The notes: a model not told the origin generated them from the letters alone. A stretch of DNA of 64,000 nucleotides from Bdellovibrionales bacterium (GCA_965226095.1 OZ245336.1:1033308-1097307); one strand, 5' to 3'; positions 9,251 to 19,296 are shown, counted from the first letter of the stretch. Translations and numbers: made by a program.

Positions 9251-9256
9251 TATGAT

Positions 9257-10615
9257 TTAAAGTGTTTGCCCCATCAATTTTAATCCTAAAGCGGCAATGC
9301 CAAGGAAGAAAAGGAAACCAAATATATCAGTGATGGTTGTCACTAAAACACCGCTACCTATAGCAGGATCTCTTCGCAAGCGTTTTAAAAAAATAGGAAT
9401 ACAGGCTCCGGCTACAACGGCCATTAAAGAATTTAAAAGCATGGCTATAAAGATCACTGTAGATACTAAAATAGAACCTCTCCAAAAATAAGTGACTAAG
9501 GCCGCTCCGAATCCAGTGGTTATTCCTAAAACAGCACCTACTCCCAATTCTTTCATTAAGGCTTTTTTTACAGAGATAAAACGAAAATCTCCAAGAGCCA
9601 GGCCTCGTGTGATCACTGTCAAAGTTTGAATAGCGGTATTGCCTCCAATGCCTGTGACAATATTTTTTAAACTGGCCAGGAGAATTAACCGAGACATAGT
9701 TTGTTCAAACAAGCTCACCACAGCGCTGACAGCTACGGCCAATAATAAATTTAATCCCATCCATGGAAGTCGATATTTAATACTGGTTCTGATAGGAGTA
9801 AAAATACGATCGTCCTCTTCTAACCCTGCACTTGCATAGAGATCTGCTGTTGCTTGTTCCTGCATAAGATCAATCACTTCATCTTTAGTGATAAGACCTA
9901 TGAGTTCTTGTTGTTCGTTGATAACGGGAACAGCTAAAAAATTATAATGCGCCACTGTTTGAGCAGCTTCCTGCAAGGAGGCGTTGGCTTTAATATTAAT
10001 AGTGGATTTATCGATGAGACTTTCCAGCGTCAAAGATTCTTCTGCAACAGCCAACTGTCTCATTGACACGACACCAACCAATTGATTTTTTCGATTAACA
10101 CAATAGACATAATAAATAGGTTCTTCTTTAGCTCTTTGTTTGAGAAGTTCAATTCCTCTGGAGACAGTAAAGTGTGAAGGAACAGAAAATACATAGGCCT
10201 GCATCGAGCGACCCACACTGTTTTCCGGATATTTTAAAAATTGTTCAACTTGAATTTTTTTATTGAGAGGAATTTTACTTAATAATTCTGTTTGAGTTTG
10301 TTCATCCATGAGATCTAAAAAGTATACCAATTCTTCCGGAGTACCTTCGTGAAATAGAGCCAGTAATCTTTGATCACTGATGTGTGAGAGTAAATCCTTT
10401 AAAGCCGGTTCCGGCATTTCTGCCAAGGTCGAAGAGACCCGTCCCAAAATGAGTAAAATGTCTATAAACTCAACACTTTGGTTCTTGTTGAAAGAGGTCA
10501 TTAAGCCTGCTAAATCCACTGTTTCAGAGGATTTAACCAGTTGCACAATTTTTTGATTATCGTGGTTATTTAATAAATCTTTAACTCTGGCAATTTGTCC
10601 AGGGGTGAGTTTCAT
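9257..10615 (-). CDS. mgtE: Magnesium transporter MgtE
   Basis: 452 aa with an N-terminal MgtE_N region, tandem CBS region and a C-terminal 5-TM domain ending in PAIGSGVLVTTITDIFGFLFFLG, which is characteristic of MgtE. Confidence 0.9.
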   Translation of the reverse strand: MKLTPGQIARVKDLLNNHDNQKIVQLVKSSETVDLAGLMTSFNKNQSVEFIDILLILGRVSSTLAEMPEPALKDLLSHISDQRLLALFHEGTPEELVYFLDLMDEQTQTELLSKIPLNKKIQVEQFLKYPENSVGRSMQAYVFSVPSHFTVSRGIELLKQRAKEEPIYYVYCVNRKNQLVGVVSMRQLAVAEESLTLESLIDKSTINIKANASLQEAAQTVAHYNFLAVPVINEQQELIGLITKDEVIDLMQEQATADLYASAGLEEDDRIFTPIRTSIKYRLPWMGLNLLLAVAVSAVVSLFEQTMSRLILLASLKNIVTGIGGNTAIQTLTVITRGLALGDFRFISVKKALMKELGVGAVLGITTGFGAALVTYFWRGSILVSTVIFIAMLLNSLMAVVAGACIPIFLKRLRRDPAIGSGVLVTTITDIFGFLFFLGIAALGLKLMGQTL

Positions 10616-10728
10616 TTGACTAAAAGTTCCTTAATGAACAAAATAAAAGTAAAGTCAGTCTTTAATTATTTCACAAGTAATATGAAAATTCTTTGATAAA
10701 CAATATAACTTTTTAATGGAGTAGGCAA

Positions 10729-11205
10729 ATGTCGGAAAGAAGAAAACCAATGACTGTACATGGAAAGATGTTATTGGAAAAAGAGTTAAAGCAATTGATG
10801 GAGATCGAGCGACCTCATGTGATCTCAACAATTGAGGTGGCCAGAGCGCATGGTGATTTAAGCGAAAATGCGGATTATCTGGCGGCAAAAGAGAGACAAG
10901 GCCATATTGAAGGGCGTATTGCCAATATTAGCCATACTTTGTCCAATGCTGAGGTGGTGGATCCTTCGACTATAAAATCCGATCGAGTGACTTTTGGAGC
11001 TTATGTGCATTTACAGGATGAATCAGAAAAGAAAGTGACTTATCAGATTGTTGGAGCAGATGAAGCAGATGTGGAAAAAGGAAAAATTTCTATCAATTCC
11101 CCTTTGGCCCGTAGTATCATTGGTCGAAAAAAAGGTGAAGAGTTTGAATTTCATAATGTAAAAGGAGAAAAGCTTTATTGTATTTTGGATTTTTATTTTA
11201 AATAG
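10729..11205 (+). CDS. greA: Transcription elongation factor GreA
   Basis: 158 aa with the typical GreA blocks PMTVHGKMLLEKELKQL and GDLSENADYLAAKERQ. Confidence 0.92.
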   Translation: MSERRKPMTVHGKMLLEKELKQLMEIERPHVISTIEVARAHGDLSENADYLAAKERQGHIEGRIANISHTLSNAEVVDPSTIKSDRVTFGAYVHLQDESEKKVTYQIVGADEADVEKGKISINSPLARSIIGRKKGEEFEFHNVKGEKLYCILDFYFK

Positions 11206-11270
11206 TTTATTTAGGTGAAGTACATAAGGAATTTGAAGAAATAAAAAGAGTAAAGAAAGATAAGGGGATA

Positions 11271-12245
11271 ATGAAAACAGAGAGAAAATGGTGGTTTAAG
11301 CTATTCTGTATTCTTTTTATCTCTCTATCTGTTTGCTCTCTTGGCTTAAATTGGTTCATATCCGTTTTTCAATTTCACCAAAGACAGGAGTATCAACTTC
11401 AACAATCTCTTTCCTTTTCGAGTTCTGCTTTTTTTTCCTGGGAAACTTTGCCGATATTTTTATCTCACTTAATTGTAAGTTTCAGTGTGGCAGGCCTTAT
11501 ATCTATAGTGATTTTTTTCTTTATTTTTAGATATTTAAAGATATTTATTAAAGCTAAGTTTCTCTTATTAAAAACCTTTTCCTCTCCTTTAAGTCCTTCG
11601 GATCGGAAAAAAGCTTTAGTGGCTATAGCACATGCTTCAAATCCTTATCTGTTTGCACTTCGAGAGGGGCTTATTTCTATTTTGCAGGAACAATCTCAGG
11701 AAAACAAAGAATCAGGAAGTTCCATAAAAGAGCCCTTATTTTCTGAACTCATATCCAGACTTTGTCGGCGAAGCGCTCATTTTTATCCTTTTTTATCTAT
11801 TCAAGCTCAAATCAATACAGATATTGCTTTACCGGTATTTTCATCAGCTCTTTTTCAGGCTCTTTGGGAGTTAGTAAAAAATGCGGGCGAGGCTATGGGT
11901 TCTAATCCAAGTACCCGGCACATGGCAGAATTTCATATTCGATCCTTTCGTGATGAACAGTGGTTTTGTTGTGAATTAGAGGATAATGGACCGGGTATGA
12001 GTGAACAAGAAATAGCCCAAGCTTGTGAATTATATTTCAGTACAAAAAAATCTTCTGTCGGATTGGGTCTTAGTGTTGTGCAATCGGTATTGTCGCGTAT
12101 CGGTGGCATTATGAAGTTATCTTCTTCAAAAAAATTCAGTGGGTTAAAAGTGTCACTATTTATTCCATTGGATTATATGGAGTACATGCAGGGTTTAAAG
12201 CAAATGGATCAAAAAGAATATTCCCCTGAGGCGGCGCAAGTATGA
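11271..12245 (+). CDS. Membrane-anchored histidine-kinase-like ATPase (no adjacent response regulator)
   Basis: Two N-terminal hydrophobic segments. HATPase_c boxes are present: N-like LWELVKNAGEAM, G1 DNGPGMS and G2 GLGLSVVQS. Only a weak H-box candidate (AIAHASNPYL) is visible. Confidence 0.6.
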   Translation: MKTERKWWFKLFCILFISLSVCSLGLNWFISVFQFHQRQEYQLQQSLSFSSSAFFSWETLPIFLSHLIVSFSVAGLISIVIFFFIFRYLKIFIKAKFLLLKTFSSPLSPSDRKKALVAIAHASNPYLFALREGLISILQEQSQENKESGSSIKEPLFSELISRLCRRSAHFYPFLSIQAQINTDIALPVFSSALFQALWELVKNAGEAMGSNPSTRHMAEFHIRSFRDEQWFCCELEDNGPGMSEQEIAQACELYFSTKKSSVGLGLSVVQSVLSRIGGIMKLSSSKKFSGLKVSLFIPLDYMEYMQGLKQMDQKEYSPEAAQV

Positions 12246-12267
12246 ACCACAGGGAGGTTTTTTCAAA

Positions 12268-13443
12268 ATGGAAGTTACAATGCGCGCTTGCCTGGAAGTA
12301 AATTTACAATACTTAGCTGATAATATTAAAACACTTCATTCTTTAAGTGAAACAGCAATGGTTCATCCTTCAAAACAATCACTAAAAAATTTTTTCTGTC
12401 CAATGGTGAAAGCGAATAGCTATGGTCATGGGGTCATAGAAATTGTAAAAATACTCAAAAAATCCGGCATCACAAAAGTGGGAGTTATATCTGTTGAAGA
12501 AGCCATGGAAATTAAGGACATTGGGTTAAGCGTTTATGTTTTTGGCCCTTATAAACCGGCAGATATTGAGTTAATGGATCGCTATTGTTTTATACCAATT
12601 GTGGGTCAATGGCAGGATTTAAAAGCTCTCCTGCGTTCACAAAAAAAACAAAAATTTCATATTGAATTTAATATGGATATGAATCGTACTGGATTTGAAT
12701 TCTCTGAAGCGGAAGCTCTTATTAATTATATTAAAAAAAATCCTGTCTTACAATTAGAGGGTATAGCTTCTCATTTAAGTACCGGAGAAGAACTGGCTTC
12801 GGATTTTCATTTTATATCCAAAAAGTTTAAAAGTATTTTAGATAGTTTTAAAAATTCTTTTCCACAACAAAATCTGAATGTGCATCTTCTCAATAGTTCT
12901 GGTTTTTTTTCAATGTGGAGTCATTCTCTTGAGGGCTTAAATGTAGGGTTTAGACCAGGTATTTCTCTGTATGGTATCAAGCCTAAAATACGATTTAATT
13001 CTCCTGTGGCAGAGCAAAAATATCAATCTTTAAACTTAAAACCGGTGTCTTGTTTAAAATCCTTTATTGTTCAAACACGTTCCCTGTCTCGAGGAGAAGG
13101 GGTTTCTTATTGTAAAACCTGGAAAGCTTCCAAACAGTCCACTATAGCAGTGGTCTCAATGGGTTATGCAGATGGTCTTCCTTTTCAGGGTTCCAATAGA
13201 ATGGAAGTTTTATTAAGGGGAAAAAGAGTGCCGGTGATTGGAAGAATTTGTATGGATTTTTTTATGGTGGATGCTACAACAGTAGTGGAGGGAGGGGAGT
13301 TGAAAAGAGGGGAAGAAGTGGTGATTTTTGGTTCTCAACAAGAAGCCAGTATTTCTCCAACAGAACAGGCAAATAAATTAGGAACTATTCCCTATCAATT
13401 GATGACTGGACTTGGAAAAAGAGTCATAAGAATTTACAAATAG
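12268..13443 (+). CDS. alr: Alanine racemase
   Basis: 391 aa with the PLP-lysine motif MVKANSYGHG and the C-terminal MGYADG, GRICMDF and IPYQLMT blocks. Confidence 0.88.
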   Translation: MEVTMRACLEVNLQYLADNIKTLHSLSETAMVHPSKQSLKNFFCPMVKANSYGHGVIEIVKILKKSGITKVGVISVEEAMEIKDIGLSVYVFGPYKPADIELMDRYCFIPIVGQWQDLKALLRSQKKQKFHIEFNMDMNRTGFEFSEAEALINYIKKNPVLQLEGIASHLSTGEELASDFHFISKKFKSILDSFKNSFPQQNLNVHLLNSSGFFSMWSHSLEGLNVGFRPGISLYGIKPKIRFNSPVAEQKYQSLNLKPVSCLKSFIVQTRSLSRGEGVSYCKTWKASKQSTIAVVSMGYADGLPFQGSNRMEVLLRGKRVPVIGRICMDFFMVDATTVVEGGELKRGEEVVIFGSQQEASISPTEQANKLGTIPYQLMTGLGKRVIRIYK

Positions 13444-13462
13444 CAGTGAAGAAGGAAAAGTA

Positions 13463-14965
13463 ATGTTTAAGAATGCCTTAGTCAGTGTATCCAATAAAAA
13501 AGGATTGATAGAATTTATTGCCCCTTTGGCTCAACAGGGACTGCGCGTGGTGTCCACAGGTGGAACAGCCAAATATTTAAAAGAGGCGGGAATTGATGTC
13601 GTGGAAGTGAGTGAGCAAACCGGCTTTAAAGAAGTAATGAGTGGGAGAGTTAAATCCTTGCATCCTCGAGTGCATATGCCTCTATTGGCTAGAAAAAATC
13701 ACAGCGAAGATCAACAAGCGCTGAGTTCAGAAAATCTACAAGCTTTTGATCTCTTGGTTTGTAATCTTTATCCCTTTGAAACAAAACCAGGGATTGAACA
13801 GATTGATGTGGGTGGCCCCTCCATGTTGATGGCTGGTGCCAAGAATTTTGAACAGGTTACCGTATTGTGTGACCCCGAAGATTATCAAAAAATTCTTCTG
13901 GCTGGTCAATTACCTGAGCAACAGATCAGAAAACAGTTGGCGGCAAAAGTTTTTTCTCATTTGGCACATTATAACTCCTGTATTGCTCATTGGATGGCGG
14001 ACTCTATGGATTCCAAGGAAAAAGACCTTCAACTTACAGCTCGTTTTTTTAAAAAACTTCGATATGGAGAAAATCCATCACAAAAAGCGACTTGGTTTCA
14101 AATAGATAAACAGGGATTGCATCAATCCAATTGTTTACAGGGTAAGCCATTGTCGTTTAATAATATTCGCGATTTGGAATCAGCGGTTTCCACGCTTAGA
14201 CAATTTACACAAACAGCCTGTTGTGTGGCTGTGAAGCACAATAATCCCTGTGGAGTGGCCTGTGGAGACACTTTGGAATCAGCTGTTGAAAAGACTTTAA
14301 AAGCAGATCCAGTAAGTGTGTTCGGAGGAGTGTTAGCTCTTAATAAAAAAGTGTCTGAAGCAGTGGCTGTTCAACTGAGCTCTTTATTTTTAGAAGCGAT
14401 CATTGCCCCTTCTTATACGGAGGAGGCTTTAAAAGTTTTTCAAACCAAAAAAAACTTAAGAGTGCTGGAGTGGTCAGCTTTAATTAAGCAACCTGTTAGC
14501 TCTTCTAAAATCTACTCAGTGGAAGGTGGTTTATTGTCACAAGATGGTCAACCCACAACTTTTTCATGGGATGAAAATTGGCAATGCATCGGTGAATCTC
14601 TTTCTGAAAAAACTCAATTAGACTTATTGATGGCATGGAAAGTGTGCTCCCAACTAAAAAGCAATGCCATTGCCATAGTAAAGAATTGCCAGACAGTGGG
14701 CTTAGGTATGGGGCAGGTGAGCCGTATTGCCGCAGTGGAAGGAGCGATTAAAAATTGGAAACATTTTCATCCTGATATCAAAGATCCGGTGTTGGCCAGT
14801 GATGGTTTTTTCCCTTTTCCTGATTCTATTGAAACAGCCTGTCAATCCGGTATTAAATGGCTGATTCAACCTGGAGGTTCCATTAGAGATAAAGAGATCA
14901 TTGCAAAAGCTAAGGAGTTATCTGTTAACATGGTTCTCACCAGTAGCCGTTGTTTTTTACATTAG
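13463..14965 (+). CDS. purH: Bifunctional AICAR transformylase / IMP cyclohydrolase
   Basis: 500 aa. N-terminus ALVSVSNKKGLIEF...STGGTAKYL (MGS-like domain); C-terminus QPGGSIRD. Typical PurH. Confidence 0.92.
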   Translation: MFKNALVSVSNKKGLIEFIAPLAQQGLRVVSTGGTAKYLKEAGIDVVEVSEQTGFKEVMSGRVKSLHPRVHMPLLARKNHSEDQQALSSENLQAFDLLVCNLYPFETKPGIEQIDVGGPSMLMAGAKNFEQVTVLCDPEDYQKILLAGQLPEQQIRKQLAAKVFSHLAHYNSCIAHWMADSMDSKEKDLQLTARFFKKLRYGENPSQKATWFQIDKQGLHQSNCLQGKPLSFNNIRDLESAVSTLRQFTQTACCVAVKHNNPCGVACGDTLESAVEKTLKADPVSVFGGVLALNKKVSEAVAVQLSSLFLEAIIAPSYTEEALKVFQTKKNLRVLEWSALIKQPVSSSKIYSVEGGLLSQDGQPTTFSWDENWQCIGESLSEKTQLDLLMAWKVCSQLKSNAIAIVKNCQTVGLGMGQVSRIAAVEGAIKNWKHFHPDIKDPVLASDGFFPFPDSIETACQSGIKWLIQPGGSIRDKEIIAKAKELSVNMVLTSSRCFLH

Positions 14966-14997
14966 ACAAATTATAAAAAAAACAGGATAATTTTGGA

Positions 14998-15483
14998 ATG
15001 AGTGAAGATAAAAGCAAAAGATGGTTGATAAAAAAAAATGCTGAAATTATAGGACCTCTTTCGAACGAAGAAGTGGAGGAGGGGTTAAAAACTGGAAATT
15101 TTTCAGTTTTGGATTCTGCCTGCCTGCCTGGTGAACAAGTGTGGCTTTGTCTTGGTAACTACGAGAACTTTTCAGAGTTTATGGATAAAGTAAAAGGTTC
15201 ATCCAGCGCAACGGCTCAGACATTATTATCTAGAATCACAGATACGATATTTGTAAATACTAACACCAATACACTGACGGACACCAGTGAACTGGACACA
15301 GTTGCATCCACCACTGTAGCAGAGGATGTGCCTTATGAGGTGATTGGTGAGAAACAAATGAAGAATAAGTTTATGAAAATAATATTTCAGAAAAAAATTA
15401 TTTTTCTCTTTGCTATAGTAACGACCCTCTTAATTATTTATTTTATTGCTTCTGACTTATTTAGAAATAACAATATAAATTAA
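14998..15483 (+). CDS. GYF_2-like domain protein with a C-terminal TM helix
   Basis: The N-terminus WLIKKNAEIIGPLSNEEVEEGLKTGNFSVLDSACLPGEQVW resembles DUF4339/GYF_2. A hydrophobic C-terminal segment IIFLFAIVTTLLIIYFIA is present. Confidence 0.5.
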   Translation: MSEDKSKRWLIKKNAEIIGPLSNEEVEEGLKTGNFSVLDSACLPGEQVWLCLGNYENFSEFMDKVKGSSSATAQTLLSRITDTIFVNTNTNTLTDTSELDTVASTTVAEDVPYEVIGEKQMKNKFMKIIFQKKIIFLFAIVTTLLIIYFIASDLFRNNNIN

Positions 15484-16811
15484 AGAATATTAGCCGCTGT
15501 TTCCGCTAATTCGGAACGTTCCCCTTTGGATAAAGTGACATGTGCTGCTAAAGATTCTGATTTAAATTTTTCCACCGAAAAGGTTAATCCATTATTAGAA
15601 GAATCCACATAAGGGTTATCTATTTGATAACAATCTCCTGTGAGGATAACTTTGGTTCCCAAACCTGCTCTAGTCAGTATAGTTTTAATTTCATGTGGAG
15701 TAAGGTTTTGTGCTTCATCTACAATCAGATACTGGTTGGGAATACTGCGACCTCGAATATAAGCTAATGGTTCAATATTAATGAGCCCTTGATTCATTAG
15801 ATCCTGCGCCAGTCGGGAGGCTTTTTTTCCAAGTCCCATGAGAAATTCCAAGCTGTCAAACACGGGTTGCATCCATGGATTAAGTTTTTGCTCAATATCC
15901 CCTGGAAGATAGCCAATATCCCTTCCCATAGGGAAAACAGGGCGGGACACCAGGAGTTTATGAAAGCGGCTTTCATCCAGTGTTTTATATAGTCCCACAG
16001 CTAAAGCCAATAGGGTTTTTCCTGTTCCGGCTTTTCCCAAAAGTGATACCAGTTTAAAGTCATCCTGCATAAGAGCATCTAATGCAAAATGTTGTTCCAT
16101 ATTTCTTGGATGTATTCCCCATGTTGGTCCTTGGGGTTGATATATGGTGTGAACTTGATTTGTTTTGGCAGTAAAGCGCCCAATAACTTTTTCTGTATCT
16201 TGTTTCATCACTATGTATTGGTTGGGATAAAATTTGGTAACTTTATTATCTACAGCCAAAATTTTTTTATTTTTAAAAGTTTCCATTTCCTGCTCAGTGA
16301 TACTCCATTGCCGAATACCTGTATAAAGATCTTCCACATCTGTGCTTGGAGAGGGATCATAATCTATTGCTTCGATACCAAAGACATCTGCTTTAATTCT
16401 CAAGTTTATATCTTTTGTGACTAGTTTAATTGTGGCGGAGGAATGGCAGCTTTGAATATATAAACCAGTAGCTAAAATGCGATGATCCGCTTTGGAAAAA
16501 CTCAGTTCCGGTGAAGTCATAGGAACATTCATACAGACATAGAGATAGGAATCATTTTCCAGTTGGATACCTTTTGTTAAGGAACCTTTTTGTCGTAACA
16601 AATCAACAAATCGATTAAATTGTCTGGCATTTCTTCCTTTTTCTCCCATATCCCTTTTGAACTGATCAATTTCCTCCAGCACAGAAAAAGGGATATAAAT
16701 ATCTGAGGATTTAAAAGTATTAAATGACAGGGCGTCATACAGTAGTGTGCTTGTGTCCAGCACTATTTTTTTGTTAAACCGACCAGGTATCAGTAAATGC
16801 TGTTTTTGCAT
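15480..16811 (-). CDS. PIN-domain / PhoH-like ATPase fusion (PhoH2 type)
   Basis: 443 aa with an N-terminal PIN-like region (VLDTSTLLYD...) and a C-terminal PhoH ATPase carrying Walker A GKAGTGKT and Walker B LIVDEAQN. Confidence 0.85.
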   Translation of the reverse strand: MQKQHLLIPGRFNKKIVLDTSTLLYDALSFNTFKSSDIYIPFSVLEEIDQFKRDMGEKGRNARQFNRFVDLLRQKGSLTKGIQLENDSYLYVCMNVPMTSPELSFSKADHRILATGLYIQSCHSSATIKLVTKDINLRIKADVFGIEAIDYDPSPSTDVEDLYTGIRQWSITEQEMETFKNKKILAVDNKVTKFYPNQYIVMKQDTEKVIGRFTAKTNQVHTIYQPQGPTWGIHPRNMEQHFALDALMQDDFKLVSLLGKAGTGKTLLALAVGLYKTLDESRFHKLLVSRPVFPMGRDIGYLPGDIEQKLNPWMQPVFDSLEFLMGLGKKASRLAQDLMNQGLINIEPLAYIRGRSIPNQYLIVDEAQNLTPHEIKTILTRAGLGTKVILTGDCYQIDNPYVDSSNNGLTFSVEKFKSESLAAHVTLSKGERSELAETAANIL

Positions 16812-16844
16812 CCTACATAAGTAGCATGAATGTTTTTTAAAAAG

Positions 16845-17924
16845 CTATACGCTCATAGACACTTTGTTGCGTCCGGTGTTTTTACTCTCGTACAAGGCCC
16901 GATCGGCCCTTTCATACATATTCTTCCAACTGGTATCTGTTTTTATTCTTTCAGTTATTCCTGCGGAGATTGTTATTTTTAAGTTTTTGCCATTATAATT
17001 AAAAGTTTGGTTTTCCAGAGTTTTTCTCATTTTTTCGATGGCCTTTTGAGCATGGGTAATTTGGCTGTGTAAAAGAATACAAAATTCTTCTCCTCCACAA
17101 CGGGTTAACAGATCATCTGAACGAAAGTTGGAACGAAGAATCTGTCCAATCTGTTTCAAAATAAAGTCACCGGCTTGGTGTCCATAAGTGTCATTAATTT
17201 TTTTAAAAAAATCAATATCCAGTAAAATAAGAGATAAGGTGCTTTTTGCTCTTTTACTAATATGGAAAAATTCAGGGGACTTTACTTCCAGCATAGAACG
17301 ATTCCCCACTTCAGTGAGCATGTCGTAAAAAGATTTTTGATAATTTTTGATAATAGAAGAAAGTTCATGGTTCCCTTTATTTAAAAATTTAAAACCAACA
17401 TTGCCTAGTTTAATAATGTCATTATCATTCAATGAAAGAGAAGTTTGTGGTTGGATAGAGTGTTCATTAACATAAGTGCCATTTGTGGAGTTGAGATCTT
17501 TTATAGAGATTTTGTCACCAGTGTCTGAATAAATAGCTAGGTGTTCTTTGCTGATGGATAAATCTCTAATACAAATATCACTTCTCCAGTTTCTACCAAT
17601 GATTATTTCCTGTTTATTAATGGGCCAATAACTTCCAATCATGGCTTCCGGGCCAAAAATCATCACCAGATTGGAGGGAATAGATTCCACCAATTTTATT
17701 TGATTCAATAAAACAGTATCTCGGGCGATAACAGTTTTATCATCACCAATGGTAGTGGCTCGAGTGGTTTGTGTAATATGGGTTGTCTGAACGTTTGTTG
17801 CAGATGCCTTCTTTCCAGTTTTTGGCTTCTTCTTTTTCATATTTTTTGTTGCTGAAAGAGATTTATTTGAGGATGAAAACTCAAATGCTTCTTCCATAAT
17901 TTTCCATTTTTTTTTAGAACTCAT
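16845..17924 (-). CDS. FHA-domain diguanylate cyclase (FHA-GGDEF)
   Basis: FHA signature IIIGRNWRSDICIRDLSISKEHLAI...STNGTYVN. The GGDEF domain has the active site RCGGEEF. Confidence 0.85.
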   Translation of the reverse strand: MSSKKKWKIMEEAFEFSSSNKSLSATKNMKKKKPKTGKKASATNVQTTHITQTTRATTIGDDKTVIARDTVLLNQIKLVESIPSNLVMIFGPEAMIGSYWPINKQEIIIGRNWRSDICIRDLSISKEHLAIYSDTGDKISIKDLNSTNGTYVNEHSIQPQTSLSLNDNDIIKLGNVGFKFLNKGNHELSSIIKNYQKSFYDMLTEVGNRSMLEVKSPEFFHISKRAKSTLSLILLDIDFFKKINDTYGHQAGDFILKQIGQILRSNFRSDDLLTRCGGEEFCILLHSQITHAQKAIEKMRKTLENQTFNYNGKNLKITISAGITERIKTDTSWKNMYERADRALYESKNTGRNKVSMSV

Positions 17925-17951
17925 AAGTATTATTCCTGTGGGTTTAATACA

Positions 17952-19163
17952 TCAAATCTGATCTTCATCAGTTGATTTTATTTTAGACTCTATCGATTCA
18001 TCTTCTTCTCGCAATAGAGAACGTCCCTTTAAAATATGCGTGACCATTTGTATACCGCGAACAGCTCTTCGAGATTGTTCCAAGTGTTCTTCGAGTTTTT
18101 GCTGAAGTTCGCTGTATTTATCTTTATGTGTGTTTAAATCCATTTTAGAGCGTTCAATTTGTTGCTTTAATTGCAATATGTAGCGATTTTTTTCTCTCAC
18201 AAGAGTTTGACTGTCTACTTTTACTAATTCCAGACGGTTTTCCAGTTCTTTTTCACGGATTCGAATATGTTGCAAATTGTTAGACAACCTTTTTTCTAAT
18301 TCTTTGTTTTTTACCTGCATTTTATCCATCTCTCTGCTTTGATCAGATAGAGTGTTCATGAGAACTTTTTTTTCACTGAGAAATTCTTCACGACTTTCTT
18401 CGTAAGCTTTTTTAAGATCGTCATTTTTTACTAATACTTTGTCTAAGCGTTCTTTAAAAATATTAGCTGTAGTGATGAGTTTTTCATTTTCCTGTCTTAA
18501 TCGTTCAATTTCTTCCTCTAAAGAAGTCATTCTCTCTTGAGCCAGGCTCAAATTTTCTGATTGTTGAAGGGAGATTTGAATAGGCATGTGAGTTTCTTGG
18601 TTTTTTTGATATGAATGAGTGGCTAAACCGACATTGCCATCCATTGAGAAAGATGGGGAGGGAGGGGATTCCAAAGTTTTCTTCTCTTTTAAAGGCATTT
18701 GAATAATGGAAGCCGTGTTATTTAGGTTCTCTGGCTTCAGCTGTGTTGTGAGTGAGTTTGATGCAGATGTTGAGGAAATCTTATGTTTTTTTAATTTTTT
18801 CTTTGTTTTTTCTTTGTTTTCAGAAGTGAGACCGGACTCATTTGGTTTAAATTCCATTAAACTCATGATTTCTGTGTCACTGCTCTTTATTATTTCCTTT
18901 TCACTTAAATCCTCTTTTTGGTCTAAAAATGGGATACCTGTTTCCACTGATGCATCTATTTCAGACAAATTGCTCTTTTCCTGATCTGCCGATATATGCT
19001 CTTTTATTGCTGATTCGGATTCTTCGGATTCTATAGAAAGCACATTTTCAGCTGATTCGTCCAATAAATTAGCAACTTCAGATAGGGAAGACTCTTGTTG
19101 ATACTCCTGGACCAAATCTTCCATTACAGTTTCAATCATTGCTGTGTTTTTTTTTCTATTCAT
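17952..19163 (-). CDS. Acidic, Ser/Glu/Lys-rich coiled-coil protein of unknown function
   Basis: 403 aa long ORF. The C-terminal half has heptad-like E/K/L-rich sequence, and I recognise no catalytic motif. Confidence 0.55.
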   Translation of the reverse strand: MNRKKNTAMIETVMEDLVQEYQQESSLSEVANLLDESAENVLSIESEESESAIKEHISADQEKSNLSEIDASVETGIPFLDQKEDLSEKEIIKSSDTEIMSLMEFKPNESGLTSENKEKTKKKLKKHKISSTSASNSLTTQLKPENLNNTASIIQMPLKEKKTLESPPSPSFSMDGNVGLATHSYQKNQETHMPIQISLQQSENLSLAQERMTSLEEEIERLRQENEKLITTANIFKERLDKVLVKNDDLKKAYEESREEFLSEKKVLMNTLSDQSREMDKMQVKNKELEKRLSNNLQHIRIREKELENRLELVKVDSQTLVREKNRYILQLKQQIERSKMDLNTHKDKYSELQQKLEEHLEQSRRAVRGIQMVTHILKGRSLLREEDESIESKIKSTDEDQI

Positions 19164-19296
19164 AACTTACCTATACAAAAAAACCGGGTTATCAGTCTGT
19201 TTCCTTATCGGAAAAATATATTGAGCTTTAAAATTTATTGACAGTGGAGCTAATCGCTATAAATATTTAAAAAACTAGATAAATAGAGATTCACTC

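Noticed and set aside
10616-10728. M-box (Mg) riboswitch upstream of mgtE
   Set aside because: The divergent intergenic space is only ~110 bp and is shared with the greA promoter. I see no conserved M-box helices.
10655-10888. 77-aa minus-strand ORF overlapping the greA start
   Set aside because: It is antisense to greA, lies in the mgtE-greA promoter region and shows no coding features.
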